From: a virus
Lineage: Duplodnaviria > Caudoviricetes
IMG/VR virus record: IMGVR_UViG_3300014204_000146
Span: 1 to 64,000 of that record
DNA: 64,000 nucleotides
Direction: 5' to 3' (one strand)
The stretch's first letter is position 1. Each line of letters begins with the position of its first letter. A program made the position numbers and the translations under genes. The notes beneath the pieces are model-generated. The model did no database searches. It saw nothing but the letters and a program-made list of their open reading frames with translations, and was not told where the DNA came from. Positions 1-9,025 of this stretch are shown piece after piece.

Positions 1-1
1 G

Positions 2-379
2 TACGGCAATGCACGGGTGTTGTTTGGATATATTAATCAGAAATTTACTCTTAAATATTCTTTAGCTATGCAATTAGGTATATGTTTAATAAACAAAAAA
101 ATAACATTATATAAAAGAGTAAATAAAATTTCAGAAGGCAAATACTCGTCTTGTAGAGATAATAATTTTATTTATCAGGACGGAAAAACAGTAAAAGTAG
201 ATAATCCCGATTTATCAGATGCTTCTTGCTCTACGGGGATACATTTATCTACAGCGTTATATTGGTCCGAAGGTAATACATTAATTGCTTGTGAAGTAAA
301 AGAAGAAGATATTATAACAGTACAACAAGGAAAAGTAAGGTGCAAACAATGTAAAGTAATAGGAGAAGTTACTTTTTAA
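2..379 (+). CDS. 5'-truncated phage protein with YGNARV-type hexapeptide repeat and DUF7666-like C-terminal domain
   Basis: Frame is open from base 2 (YGNARVLFGY...). C-terminus has C-S-x-G-I-H and GKVRC motifs typical of this phage family. Confidence 0.6.
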   Translation, partial: YGNARVLFGYINQKFTLKYSLAMQLGICLINKKITLYKRVNKISEGKYSSCRDNNFIYQDGKTVKVDNPDLSDASCSTGIHLSTALYWSEGNTLIACEVKEEDIITVQQGKVRCKQCKVIGEVTF

Positions 380-404
380 AAATCAGAGTTTAAAAACAAA
401 TATT

Positions 405-1220
405 ATGAGAGACAAATTAAAATCATTCGAAGAATATTTGAAGATACAAAAGAAAAGCCAAACCTATATGGCATATCTCAGACCGTTTGTATCTTTTTTA
501 GAGTTGGAAAGTTTAACTTTCGAATCGGTTGACAAGTCGATTGTGATAAAATATCTGTCTGAAAATAGCAAATGGTCAGCTGGAACAACGTGTCTTTTTC
601 TTAATGCCGGAAGGCAGCTTTTTAAATTTTTAGATTTAAAGAATCCTTTTTTAGAAATTGAATTGCCTCAAACAGAAAGAAAGATAAAAGACTTTTTTAC
701 CTTGGAAGATATTGACAGAGCAGTTGCTTATTTGATAAGTGAATCTAAAAGAACGAATCCTTTACAGGCTAAAGCTATTTTCTATTTTCTTTTTTATACA
801 GGCTTCCGAGTAGGCGAAATGATTGGACTGGATAGGAAGGATTTTAATTTTGATACAGACCCATGTCAAGTTGTGGCGCGAGATACAAAAACAAAGACAG
901 ACCGCGTGGGATATTTTCCTACAAAAGAAGCGAAAATTATTAAAGCATATTTTGATAATGAACCGCAGGTACAGTGCGCGTTTAATATATCTTATCAGCG
1001 AGTTTATGATATGCTCAAAAAGACCAGACCATTGTTCCCGGACAAACATTTTTCTCCGCATAGTTTTAGACATGGAGGAGCAAAGTATATGTTCGCTCAG
1101 GGAATAGATTTGCCAAAAATATCTCGCATCTTAGGACATAAAAAACTTGAAACTACTATGATTTATTTGAATCCTGATGATAAATCTATTCAAGAAGCTT
1201 ACAAGGAGAAAATGAAATAA
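405..1220 (+). CDS. Tyrosine recombinase/integrase (XerC/D-like)
   Basis: Catalytic motifs TGFRVGE, HSFRH, LGH and terminal Tyr (TTMIY). Confidence 0.93.
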   Translation: MRDKLKSFEEYLKIQKKSQTYMAYLRPFVSFLELESLTFESVDKSIVIKYLSENSKWSAGTTCLFLNAGRQLFKFLDLKNPFLEIELPQTERKIKDFFTLEDIDRAVAYLISESKRTNPLQAKAIFYFLFYTGFRVGEMIGLDRKDFNFDTDPCQVVARDTKTKTDRVGYFPTKEAKIIKAYFDNEPQVQCAFNISYQRVYDMLKKTRPLFPDKHFSPHSFRHGGAKYMFAQGIDLPKISRILGHKKLETTMIYLNPDDKSIQEAYKEKMK

Positions 1221-1486
1221 TGTCAAATTCAAAAACCAAGAGAAGAAATAAGCTCGCTGTCATAGAAAGAAATGTTAAAAAATTTGGTTTATTGACATGT
1301 GAAATTTGCTTGGCTCCTTTAGATAAGAATTTAAGAAATGGAAAATATAGATTTACACTTGACCACATTAAACCAAAAAGTAAGGGAGGTACATTAGCTA
1401 TTAAAAATTTACAGGCAGCTCATGCGCGTTGTAATAGACTTAAAGGAAGAGATACTTTATATGTATTTGTAGGACAATCAGGATAA
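1220..1486 (+). CDS. HNH endonuclease
   Basis: CxxC ... TLDHIKPKSKGG ... NLQAAHARCN. Confidence 0.9.
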   Translation: MSNSKTKRRNKLAVIERNVKKFGLLTCEICLAPLDKNLRNGKYRFTLDHIKPKSKGGTLAIKNLQAAHARCNRLKGRDTLYVFVGQSG

Positions 1487-1495
1487 GGAGGAAAA

Positions 1496-1699
1496 ATGGG
1501 TTATATCAAGGCTAATCAAAGTTTAGTTGGTAAGATAGTAAGTTTGACAAAAGAGAAACAAAGTTTGGCAGGGCGGTTCACGATAGGCAGCATGGTGAAA
1601 ATAACCGAAGAAAACCCTCAGAGAGGTTATACCTTTGAAGACAGCGAAGGTAATCGTGTAATTGAAGCAGGCTTCGATGGATTTAAAGTTATTGAATAA
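1496..1699 (+). CDS. Hypothetical protein
   Basis: Strong SD (AAGGAGG) and tight operon packing. Confidence 0.7.
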   Translation: MGYIKANQSLVGKIVSLTKEKQSLAGRFTIGSMVKITEENPQRGYTFEDSEGNRVIEAGFDGFKVIE

Positions 1700-1711
1700 A
1701 AGGAGATTGTT

Positions 1712-2014
1712 ATGGAAAGGATTATTAATCCAAATAGATGTTGTAAATGGGTATGTTCTGGAGAGCGTTGGGATTTCTCTGGACATCAATGTAGAAGACC
1801 TATAAAAGTATGGCGGGAGGGGAAGGGATATTGTGCCACGCACGACCCAGATTATATTGCTAAGAAAAGAGAAGAAGATTTAAAACAGTGGGAAGCGGAA
1901 CGCAAAAGAAGTCAAGACTCGGCTGAAAGAAGAGAGTTAGAGCGAGAATATTGTGAAAGCTTATCTACCGAAGAATTAAAATCACGAACAGAACGTGGAG
2001 ACCGAGCAGCATGA
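1712..2014 (+). CDS. Hypothetical Cys/His Zn-binding protein with C-terminal helix
   Basis: SD AAGGAG; C..HQC...YCATH pattern. Confidence 0.65.
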   Translation: MERIINPNRCCKWVCSGERWDFSGHQCRRPIKVWREGKGYCATHDPDYIAKKREEDLKQWEAERKRSQDSAERRELEREYCESLSTEELKSRTERGDRAA

Positions 2015-2265
2015 AAATAACAAAGAAATTAAAAGACAGTTTATTCAGCTCCACGCGCCTGGAAATTTTAAATTCTATGTGTGCTATTATGTGTGGCTGC
2101 GTAAAGATTTTTATAGAATACGGAATCAGCCCGGAGACTTTATCTTTTATAGATGAAGGAATGAGAAGAATCTCAGAAGAAGTAAATCAAGCGTATAAGG
2201 AATTAAAGCTTGATGATGATTTTAAAAAAATAGTCAAAGACCTGGATAAAGGAGAAATAAAATGA
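2011..2265 (+). CDS. Hypothetical protein
   Basis: ATGA start/stop overlaps with both neighbours. Confidence 0.6.
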   Translation: MKITKKLKDSLFSSTRLEILNSMCAIMCGCVKIFIEYGISPETLSFIDEGMRRISEEVNQAYKELKLDDDFKKIVKDLDKGEIK

Positions 2266-2474
2266 AATTTATAAATTGGTTTTTTGTTGGTGTAATTTGG
2301 TTTGTGGGTATTAGTCTTATTCCCATTGCATTTTATGAATCCCATCAAACTCATTTTGGAGCCTTTATTTTATACAACTTGGGTTATATTATGATAGGAA
2401 CAGTTTGTTTATTAATAGGTACGTTGTTTGTGATTCCTTCGAGCGAAGGAGCATGGACATATTATTGTAATTAA
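2262..2474 (+). CDS. Small membrane protein (2 TM)
   Basis: SD AAGGAG; two hydrophobic segments. Confidence 0.65.
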   Translation: MKFINWFFVGVIWFVGISLIPIAFYESHQTHFGAFILYNLGYIMIGTVCLLIGTLFVIPSSEGAWTYYCN

Positions 2475-2493
2475 AAACTAAAGGAGAAATAAA

Positions 2494-2691
2494 ATGAAGG
2501 TATTCATTGGCATGTTCTGTATATTTTTAATTACTTCTCTTATTTACTGGATAGTAGGATTTTATTGTGGAGCGCAGCGGATGTTAGAAGATATAAAAAC
2601 GGGATATACTCTTATTAAAAAACCGTTGCCTGGAGGAAAATGTTTAAAATATAAAACTCATAAAAAAATATATGTTAAGAAAGGAAAGTAA
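2494..2691 (+). CDS. Small membrane-anchored protein
   Basis: SD AAGGAG; N-terminal hydrophobic helix. Confidence 0.6.
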   Translation: MKVFIGMFCIFLITSLIYWIVGFYCGAQRMLEDIKTGYTLIKKPLPGGKCLKYKTHKKIYVKKGK

Positions 2692-2692
2692 T

Positions 2693-2917
2693 ATGAAAAT
2701 TGACCATCTTTGTCAGGCAGCGAGAAAAGATTTTTTATATATTTTAAGACAGCTTTTAGTAAATCAATTTCCAAAAGTTGTTTCTCAAATGGGTTTGGAA
2801 GCAGCAGAAGAATGGTCGCTCAAGCAGATTAAAAAGGATGCGCTTATTATTAATTATGACCATTCTAATAATTGGCTCTGGTTGGAATGGAACAATTTAC
2901 AAAGGAGAATACAGTGA
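2693..2917 (+). CDS. Hypothetical protein
   Basis: ATG at 2693 after AAGGA; overlaps the next start. Confidence 0.55.
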   Translation: MKIDHLCQAARKDFLYILRQLLVNQFPKVVSQMGLEAAEEWSLKQIKKDALIINYDHSNNWLWLEWNNLQRRIQ

Positions 2918-3696
2918 AAAAAACCATTTGGTTTAGTGTTATTTTAACAGTGTTATTGTTATTGATGGTATCGGTTTCTTTTGCTTGTGTTGGTGCTGCA
3001 TGTAAAAAAGAAAGTAATATCGGTGATATTAATGATGGACAGCCTGGGAATATTCTTACCTATTATTGTGAAAAAGGAGCAGAATCTTTAGGAAAGTGGA
3101 CAGACCCGAAGGATATTCCTGAATTAAAAGGAGAAGATGGCAAAGATGGATATACGCCGATTAAAGGAGTAGATTATTTTGATGGTTTGAATGGCAAGGA
3201 TGGTATAGGTAAGGACGGAACAAATGGCGTAGATGGTAAAACTCCGGTTAAGAATGTGGATTACTTTGACGGATTGAATGGTATCAATGGCACAAATGGA
3301 AAAGATGTTGACCCTAAGTTGGTAAATTCTTTAACAGAAAAAAACAATGAGCAAGATAATAGGCTTAACAACGTTGAAAAAAGAATAAGCCAATTAGAGA
3401 AAACACAATATAAATTCCAGACAGAATTAAGGATTATAGATACCAAACGATTGACTGTATCTTCTTATGTAAGTCAGAACTATACCAGAAGTGGTATGGT
3501 AGACGAAGCTGGAATCCGAGTTGTTATTAAGGTAGGAAAAAGCTATGAAGAAACCATGATTGAAAAAACAAATAAACGCTTGAGCACTATCGAAAAGAAA
3601 CTTGGCAATGTTGTAATGATGGAGAGAATTGTTGACCAGACAGGAAAAACAATTAGCATGAATATTGGAAGCGTTGCAGTAGAAACAACTTTTTAA
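2914..3696 (+). CDS. Secreted collagen-like repeat protein with coiled-coil stalk
   Basis: GTG start after AAGGAG; signal peptide; two GKDG(Y/K)TP(I/V)KxVDYFDGLNG repeats; heptad region. Confidence 0.75.
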   Translation: MKKTIWFSVILTVLLLLMVSVSFACVGAACKKESNIGDINDGQPGNILTYYCEKGAESLGKWTDPKDIPELKGEDGKDGYTPIKGVDYFDGLNGKDGIGKDGTNGVDGKTPVKNVDYFDGLNGINGTNGKDVDPKLVNSLTEKNNEQDNRLNNVEKRISQLEKTQYKFQTELRIIDTKRLTVSSYVSQNYTRSGMVDEAGIRVVIKVGKSYEETMIEKTNKRLSTIEKKLGNVVMMERIVDQTGKTISMNIGSVAVETTF

Positions 3697-3783
3697 GACG
3701 AAGCGGAGAAGGAGCGGGATTCCACGCATAAAAATTGGGAGAATAGGAAACCTTTACCAAAACCTTCTCCGTGAGATTTAATC

Positions 3784-3862
3784 TGGGCTGTAGCTTAGTT
3801 TGGTTAGAGCAAGCGCCCTGTATAGGAGCGCAAGGTCGGTGGTTCGAATCCATCCAGCCCTA
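3784..3862 (+). tRNA. Atypical tRNA (class I body, 11-nt anticodon loop; possibly Tyr-GUA in an alternative register or a pseudo-tRNA); no encoded CCA
   Basis: Acceptor (T)GGGCTG/CAGCCC(T), D-arm GCTT..GAGC with GG, variable AGGTC, T-arm GGTGG-TTCGAAT-CCATC. Confidence 0.8.
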
Positions 3863-4508
3863 TTAAATTTGGAGAGTATCATGTTCACAAAATTTAGTCT
3901 CAATAAAGGTCGGTATCGTGGATGGAAAATATCATTTAAGATATTTGGATATTATATTTCTTTTGAGCGGATTGTAGGATTCGAAAAAGGAAAACACGTT
4001 CAAGACAACAAACTATGCTATGGAAAAGGATGGGAAAAATGAAAAATATAAAATTTCGTTGGTTTCAGTGGTTTAAATTTGGTTGGTATAATTTAGACGG
4101 ATGTTTTTGTGTTTTACATTTAGGATTTTTAAGCGTTTATTTTGATTATTACTAAAAACTATGAAAATAAAATGGTGGATACATTCTTATTGGAAGGATT
4201 TGAGAATTAGGCATATTGAATTACATCTTTTTCCAGGATTTTATTTGAGAATTAATAATAATTACACAGGATTTAAGTGTATTGTTACTATTTTAAATTT
4301 TGATTTTTTCTTACAAGGAAGTATAAAGGAGGAAAATAAAATGTTAACTCAATTACAGATTGTTTTACAGTATGGTGCAATTGTAGTTTTCTTTGGACTA
4401 AGCGCGATAAGTGGATTACAGCATCAATGGAATTCAGCTTTTATTAATTTATGTTTGGCTGTGTTTTATGTGTTTCTCTATCTTTCGCCCATAAAGTAAG
4501 AGGATTCT

Positions 4509-5522
4509 ATGACTGAAAAAATCTATGCAGCGGTAAATTCTATAATTCCTCAGCCTCTTTATTTGGTAGGAGGTTCAGTCCGAGATATGCTTTTGAACAA
4601 AGCACCAAAGGATTATGACTTTGCTACTCCTTTGTCTCCTGATGAAGTTGAAGCATTGATTTTAAAAGCCGGGAGACATGTTTATACTACAGGAAAAAGA
4701 TTTGGAACAATTGGATTTAAGGTAGAAGTTGAAGAAAAATTTTATTTTGTAGAAGTAACAACATTCAGAAGTGAAGTATATATGCCAGGAAGTAGAAAAC
4801 CTGAAGTTTCGTTTGAAAAGGATATAATTCTTGATTTAAGCAGAAGAGATTTTACGATTAATGCTATCGCATATCGCGAAGGAAATATAGTTGACCCATT
4901 TGGAGGACAGATAGATTTAAAAAATAAAGTTATTCATTGTGTTGGTAGGGCAAAGACGAGATTTAAAGAAGACCCACTTAGGATGCTCAGAGCTGCGCGG
5001 TTCTCTTCTCAGCTTGGATTTTTAGTAGATGAAGAAATTCATGGATTGATTTATAAGATGGCAGGGTCTATCTTAACAATAAGCAAGGAGCGTTGGGTTG
5101 TGGAATTGGATAAATTGTTGGAAGGATTTGCTGTCCGGGACGGACTTGAATTTGTGATGACTTCCAGATTGTTAAACTTTATGATTCCAGAGTTAAGCCT
5201 TCAGTTCAGATATGACCAGGATAGTCCTTATCACACGCTGGACTTGTGGGAGCATACGAAGAAGGTGGTCGAGGGAGTAGAAGGGCTTGAATTGCGGTGG
5301 GCTGCATTGTTGCACGATATTGGTAAACCTTTTGTCCGAACAAAAAATAAGAGAGGATATCATAATTATATCGAACATGAAAAAGTAAGTGCTGAGATAG
5401 TGGAAAAGATTGCTCATTATTTAAGATGGAGCAATGACAGAAGAAATAGCGTTAGAACTTTAGTGTTGACTCATATGAAAGAAGACAGTCCGTTAAAGCA
5501 AGCGGACGATTTAGCAAAATAA
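4509..5522 (+). CDS. cca: CCA-adding tRNA nucleotidyltransferase with HD domain
   Basis: YLVGGSVRD, KDYDF, RRDFTINA, EDPLRMLRAARF, ERW..EL and LLHDIGK motifs. Confidence 0.93.
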   Translation: MTEKIYAAVNSIIPQPLYLVGGSVRDMLLNKAPKDYDFATPLSPDEVEALILKAGRHVYTTGKRFGTIGFKVEVEEKFYFVEVTTFRSEVYMPGSRKPEVSFEKDIILDLSRRDFTINAIAYREGNIVDPFGGQIDLKNKVIHCVGRAKTRFKEDPLRMLRAARFSSQLGFLVDEEIHGLIYKMAGSILTISKERWVVELDKLLEGFAVRDGLEFVMTSRLLNFMIPELSLQFRYDQDSPYHTLDLWEHTKKVVEGVEGLELRWAALLHDIGKPFVRTKNKRGYHNYIEHEKVSAEIVEKIAHYLRWSNDRRNSVRTLVLTHMKEDSPLKQADDLAK

Positions 5523-5554
5523 GGAAAGGGATATATTCATAGAAGGGTTAAGAA

Positions 5555-5794
5555 ATGAAAACAGGGTTAATTATCAAAGTTGTTTTGGTAGAAATAAGAG
5601 CAGTAGATTATGCTCAGTGTTATACGGATGCTGATGGAGATTTTCATTGGCTGACAGGATGGAATAAAGCTTCAAATGTAAAAGTTGGAGATAGAGGCGT
5701 ATTAATTTACGAATCTACAAATCGTTATGGATTGCATTTTTTTCATAAAGAAGGATGTGATTGTAATTATTGTCGAGGTCATAATGAAAAATAA
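5555..5794 (+). CDS. Hypothetical protein
   Basis: Operon packing and plausible composition. Confidence 0.55.
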   Translation: MKTGLIIKVVLVEIRAVDYAQCYTDADGDFHWLTGWNKASNVKVGDRGVLIYESTNRYGLHFFHKEGCDCNYCRGHNEK

Positions 5795-6146
5795 ATTTTT
5801 AGAATTGGCAATTAAAATTGCAAGAAAGAACAACAATAAGCCATACAATTTTGTGGCTATTATTGTTGACCGAAAAAACAGAATACGTAGTATAGGATTA
5901 AACAGTTATAGCAAGACGCACCCGCTTCAGAAAAGATATGCCGATATAGTTGGGATGCCAGATAGAGAATTTTTACATGCGGAAATTCATGCGATTGTAT
6001 CTTTACAAGATTTTAGTTTGACAGATATTTATACAATCTATATTGCCAGGGTAAATAAACAAGGAAAAATCATGCCAGCGCAACCTTGTCCGATATGTCG
6101 AAAAGCGTTGGGAGATTATTTTATTGATAATATAATTACGACATAG
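5784..6146 (+). CDS. Cytidine/deoxycytidylate deaminase-fold protein
   Basis: HAE and PCxxC Zn motifs; ATG at 5784. Confidence 0.88.
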   Translation: MKNKFLELAIKIARKNNNKPYNFVAIIVDRKNRIRSIGLNSYSKTHPLQKRYADIVGMPDREFLHAEIHAIVSLQDFSLTDIYTIYIARVNKQGKIMPAQPCPICRKALGDYFIDNIITT

Positions 6147-6155
6147 GAGAAATAG

Positions 6156-6929
6156 ATGAACGAACAGATAATTGCATTGCAGAATATAATCTATAAGATT
6201 CAGATAGGCTCCGTCCTTTATGGAACGTATGTCGAAGGAAAGTCTGATAAGGATTTCGGTGGAATTTTTATTCCTAATATCGACTATACGTTGGGAATGA
6301 AAAGAATCGAACAGGTTCAGATGAACGAGAAGTTGACGAAGCAAATGAGAAATTCAGCCGGAGATACCGATTATACACTTTATGCCCTTCCAAAGTTTAT
6401 GCGTTTGTGTATAGAAAATAATCCCAATATCATTGAGTTCTTATATGCTCCAGAACATTGTATCATAGGAAAAACATCTGAAATGGATTTGATTTTGGAG
6501 AATAAAGATTGTTTCTTATCAAAGAAATCTTATCATACCTTCAAAGGATACGCTTACGCGCAGCGCATGAAGCTCAGGACGAAGTTGGAGAACATGACCG
6601 GACGCAAAGAGCTGGTAGCTGAATTCGGTTGGGATGTGAAATTTGGCTCTCATTTGATTCGACTGTTATTAGAAGGATTGCAGATATTGACTGAGAAGAC
6701 CTTGACGTTTCCATTGCCTGAAAATAATTTGGTGCGTGATATTAAAAGAGGGAAATTCGCCTTGGTTGAAGTAATCGAAAAAGCTGATAAACTCGAATCA
6801 TTAATTGATATGGCGTATATAAAATCAGACCTTCAATATCATGCTGACGAAGAGAAGATTAACAAACTTCAGATTAAGATATTGACTGATTTTTATATCA
6901 AGATGGAACAATTAAAGTGGGAGGTATAG
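6156..6929 (+). CDS. Pol-beta superfamily nucleotidyltransferase (Nuc-transf/RlaP-like)
   Basis: GSxLYG..SDxDxxG, NPNIIEFL, YDxK-like WDVKFGSHLIRLL. Confidence 0.85.
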   Translation: MNEQIIALQNIIYKIQIGSVLYGTYVEGKSDKDFGGIFIPNIDYTLGMKRIEQVQMNEKLTKQMRNSAGDTDYTLYALPKFMRLCIENNPNIIEFLYAPEHCIIGKTSEMDLILENKDCFLSKKSYHTFKGYAYAQRMKLRTKLENMTGRKELVAEFGWDVKFGSHLIRLLLEGLQILTEKTLTFPLPENNLVRDIKRGKFALVEVIEKADKLESLIDMAYIKSDLQYHADEEKINKLQIKILTDFYIKMEQLKWEV

Positions 6930-8237
6930 ATGATATATTCATTATTGGACAATGACTGGTATAAATGGCTTATGGCTCAGGTTGTTTATTTTTTCTTTCC
7001 TGATGTGCGTGTAACTTATAAATTCATCAATCGTGGAGGAGATAAGTTTCCACAGGGCTTTGATTCTTTGGTGTGGGTTGAATGTTGGAAATTATCCAAT
7101 CTAAAATTAACTGCACAAGAAAAGGAATGGCTGTTAAAACAAAAAGGAATGTATTCAGAATTTATAGAATGGTTTTCTAAATATCAATTTGACCCTAATG
7201 AGTTGACGATAGATTTAAGGGATGGAGATTTAACTATTGAAATTGCGGGAAGCTGGTTACGAACAATTTTTTGGGAAGTACCGCTGATGGCTATAATAAG
7301 CGAATTATATTTTAAGAATTATAAATTATCTACAAATTTATTAATGCAAACAGTAAAAGCAAAAAAAGAGTCTCTATGTTTTCCTTTTGTAGATTTTGGA
7401 ACTCGACGTAGATTGCGATTTGATACTCAAGAATATTTAGTATATAAACTTTCTCATACTCAATATTTTTTAGGAACGAGTAATCCTCTTTTGGCTATGA
7501 ATTATGATGTTCCTGTTATTGGAACATATGCTCACGAAGCAGTTATGGCTATGGAGCGATTATCTGTTTTTGATAGAGAACTTGATATATTATTTTGTAA
7601 TAGAGTGTGGTTAGAAAATTGGAGATTTGTTTATGGAAATAATTATGATATTATGCTAACTGATACCATAACGACGGATATTTTTATAAGGAAAGTAGAT
7701 ACTATCTATTGGAAAACTATGTCTGGAGTGCGATTAGATAGTGGAGACCCTTTTATTATTGGAGAAAAGATTCTTGCTCATTATAACAGTTTAGGAATAG
7801 ATACCAAAACAAAGACGTTGGTGTTTAGTGATAATCTCAATCCAGAAAAAGCGAGAAAAATATATGAACATTTTAAAGACCGTTGCAAAGTAATATTTGG
7901 AATAGGAACGAATTTAACAAATGATTATGGAGTAAAGCCGTTGAATATGGTGATTAAACTTGCTACCGTAGAAGGGCAAGGAGTGGTTAAACTTTCAGAT
8001 GAGCCTGGAAAATGGACTGGAAAATTTAAAGATATTGAAAAAGCAATAAAAATAATTGGAGGATTAAAAATGTTAGGACAATATCAATCACAAGAAAAGT
8101 GGAAATGGCATGACCATCTTAGATTCTGGTGGGATATGAATAAGAATGAGATTATACTCGGATTATTTTTCTTAGCAATGGCATTTTCTTTAATAGGATT
8201 TGGAATGAGTATTCAGATAATGGCAGGAGGAAGATAA
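6930..8237 (+). CDS. pncB: Nicotinate phosphoribosyltransferase (with C-terminal TM extension)
   Basis: SLLDNDWYK, DFGTRRR, GTSN, GTYAHE, RLDSGDP, VFSDNL, FGIGT, PLNMVIK and KLSDEPGK match enterobacterial-type PncB. Confidence 0.92.
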   Translation: MIYSLLDNDWYKWLMAQVVYFFFPDVRVTYKFINRGGDKFPQGFDSLVWVECWKLSNLKLTAQEKEWLLKQKGMYSEFIEWFSKYQFDPNELTIDLRDGDLTIEIAGSWLRTIFWEVPLMAIISELYFKNYKLSTNLLMQTVKAKKESLCFPFVDFGTRRRLRFDTQEYLVYKLSHTQYFLGTSNPLLAMNYDVPVIGTYAHEAVMAMERLSVFDRELDILFCNRVWLENWRFVYGNNYDIMLTDTITTDIFIRKVDTIYWKTMSGVRLDSGDPFIIGEKILAHYNSLGIDTKTKTLVFSDNLNPEKARKIYEHFKDRCKVIFGIGTNLTNDYGVKPLNMVIKLATVEGQGVVKLSDEPGKWTGKFKDIEKAIKIIGGLKMLGQYQSQEKWKWHDHLRFWWDMNKNEIILGLFFLAMAFSLIGFGMSIQIMAGGR

Positions 8238-8398
8238 TGCAAAAAGATATATTTGATAAAGCATTTGATTGTCAAGACAAATTATGTCCCTTTAAAAAAA
8301 GAGTTTTGTGTGATTATTGATATAAAACAAACAAAATTTTTTGGAACTGTGATTTGCTGTATCAGTGTTGATAAGCCACCTAAAGTAACGGAGGAAAA

Positions 8399-9025
8399 AT
8401 GAAAAATATTATTTTTGTAGCAGTAGATTGCCAGCGAGATTTTATGTTGCCGGACGGAGCCTTGCCAGTGCCAAACGCAATGTCAATCGCTCTCAATCTT
8501 GCAGAATTAACAAAGATTGCTCAGGAGTTTAATTTTTTAACAATTAATACTGTCGATTATCATAATGAGATGTCAAAAGAAATATCAAATGAACCAGATT
8601 ATATAAATACATTTCCTCCTCACTGTATGGTGGGAACAGCAGGACATCAATTGATTCCAGAAGTAGTAACGGCAGAACATTTCTTTACTTGCCACTACAA
8701 AGATTTAATGATTTATTTTGAGGATGTTGATGCTTATCGTAATATTATTATTGCTAAAGATAAGTTTGACGTATTTGAAGGAAATCCCCATACCAAAGCC
8801 ATAATAAAGCATATCAATCCCAAAAATGCGATTGTTTATGGCGTAGCCACTGATTACTGTGTCAAATTCGCCGTAGAAGGTCTGCTGAGTCTCGGAATTA
8901 ACGTGGTGGTTGTTTCAGACGCTATAAAAGAATTAAAGTCAGAATCAATGGGAGAATATGCGGATAAGCGAATAGGATTATTGAGAACTCAGGACGTAAG
9001 AGATTTTTGTTGGAATAACAAATAA
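8399..9025 (+). CDS. pncA: Nicotinamidase/pyrazinamidase (isochorismatase family)
   Basis: VDCQRDF, DYH, PPHCM.GT.G, K and GVATDYCV catalytic triad motifs. Confidence 0.9.
   Translation: MKNIIFVAVDCQRDFMLPDGALPVPNAMSIALNLAELTKIAQEFNFLTINTVDYHNEMSKEISNEPDYINTFPPHCMVGTAGHQLIPEVVTAEHFFTCHYKDLMIYFEDVDAYRNIIIAKDKFDVFEGNPHTKAIIKHINPKNAIVYGVATDYCVKFAVEGLLSLGINVVVVSDAIKELKSESMGEYADKRIGLLRTQDVRDFCWNNK

Noticed and set aside
405-1220. attP site or evidence that the window is an integrated prophage
   Set aside because: No host genes or att-like repeat are visible; the short Xer-like recombinase may instead resolve genome dimers.
3653-4042. ORF-track entries 3653..3853(-) and the N-terminal part of 3800..4042(+)
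   Set aside because: These are translations of the tRNA sequence; the plausible gene starts at ATG 3881.
8237-8371. Possible TGA recoding (CDY*YK, in-frame TGA at 8318) suggesting Sec or an alternative genetic code
   Set aside because: Long conserved genes contain no in-frame TGA/TAG and several end properly at them; a nonsense mutation in a tiny ORF is simpler.
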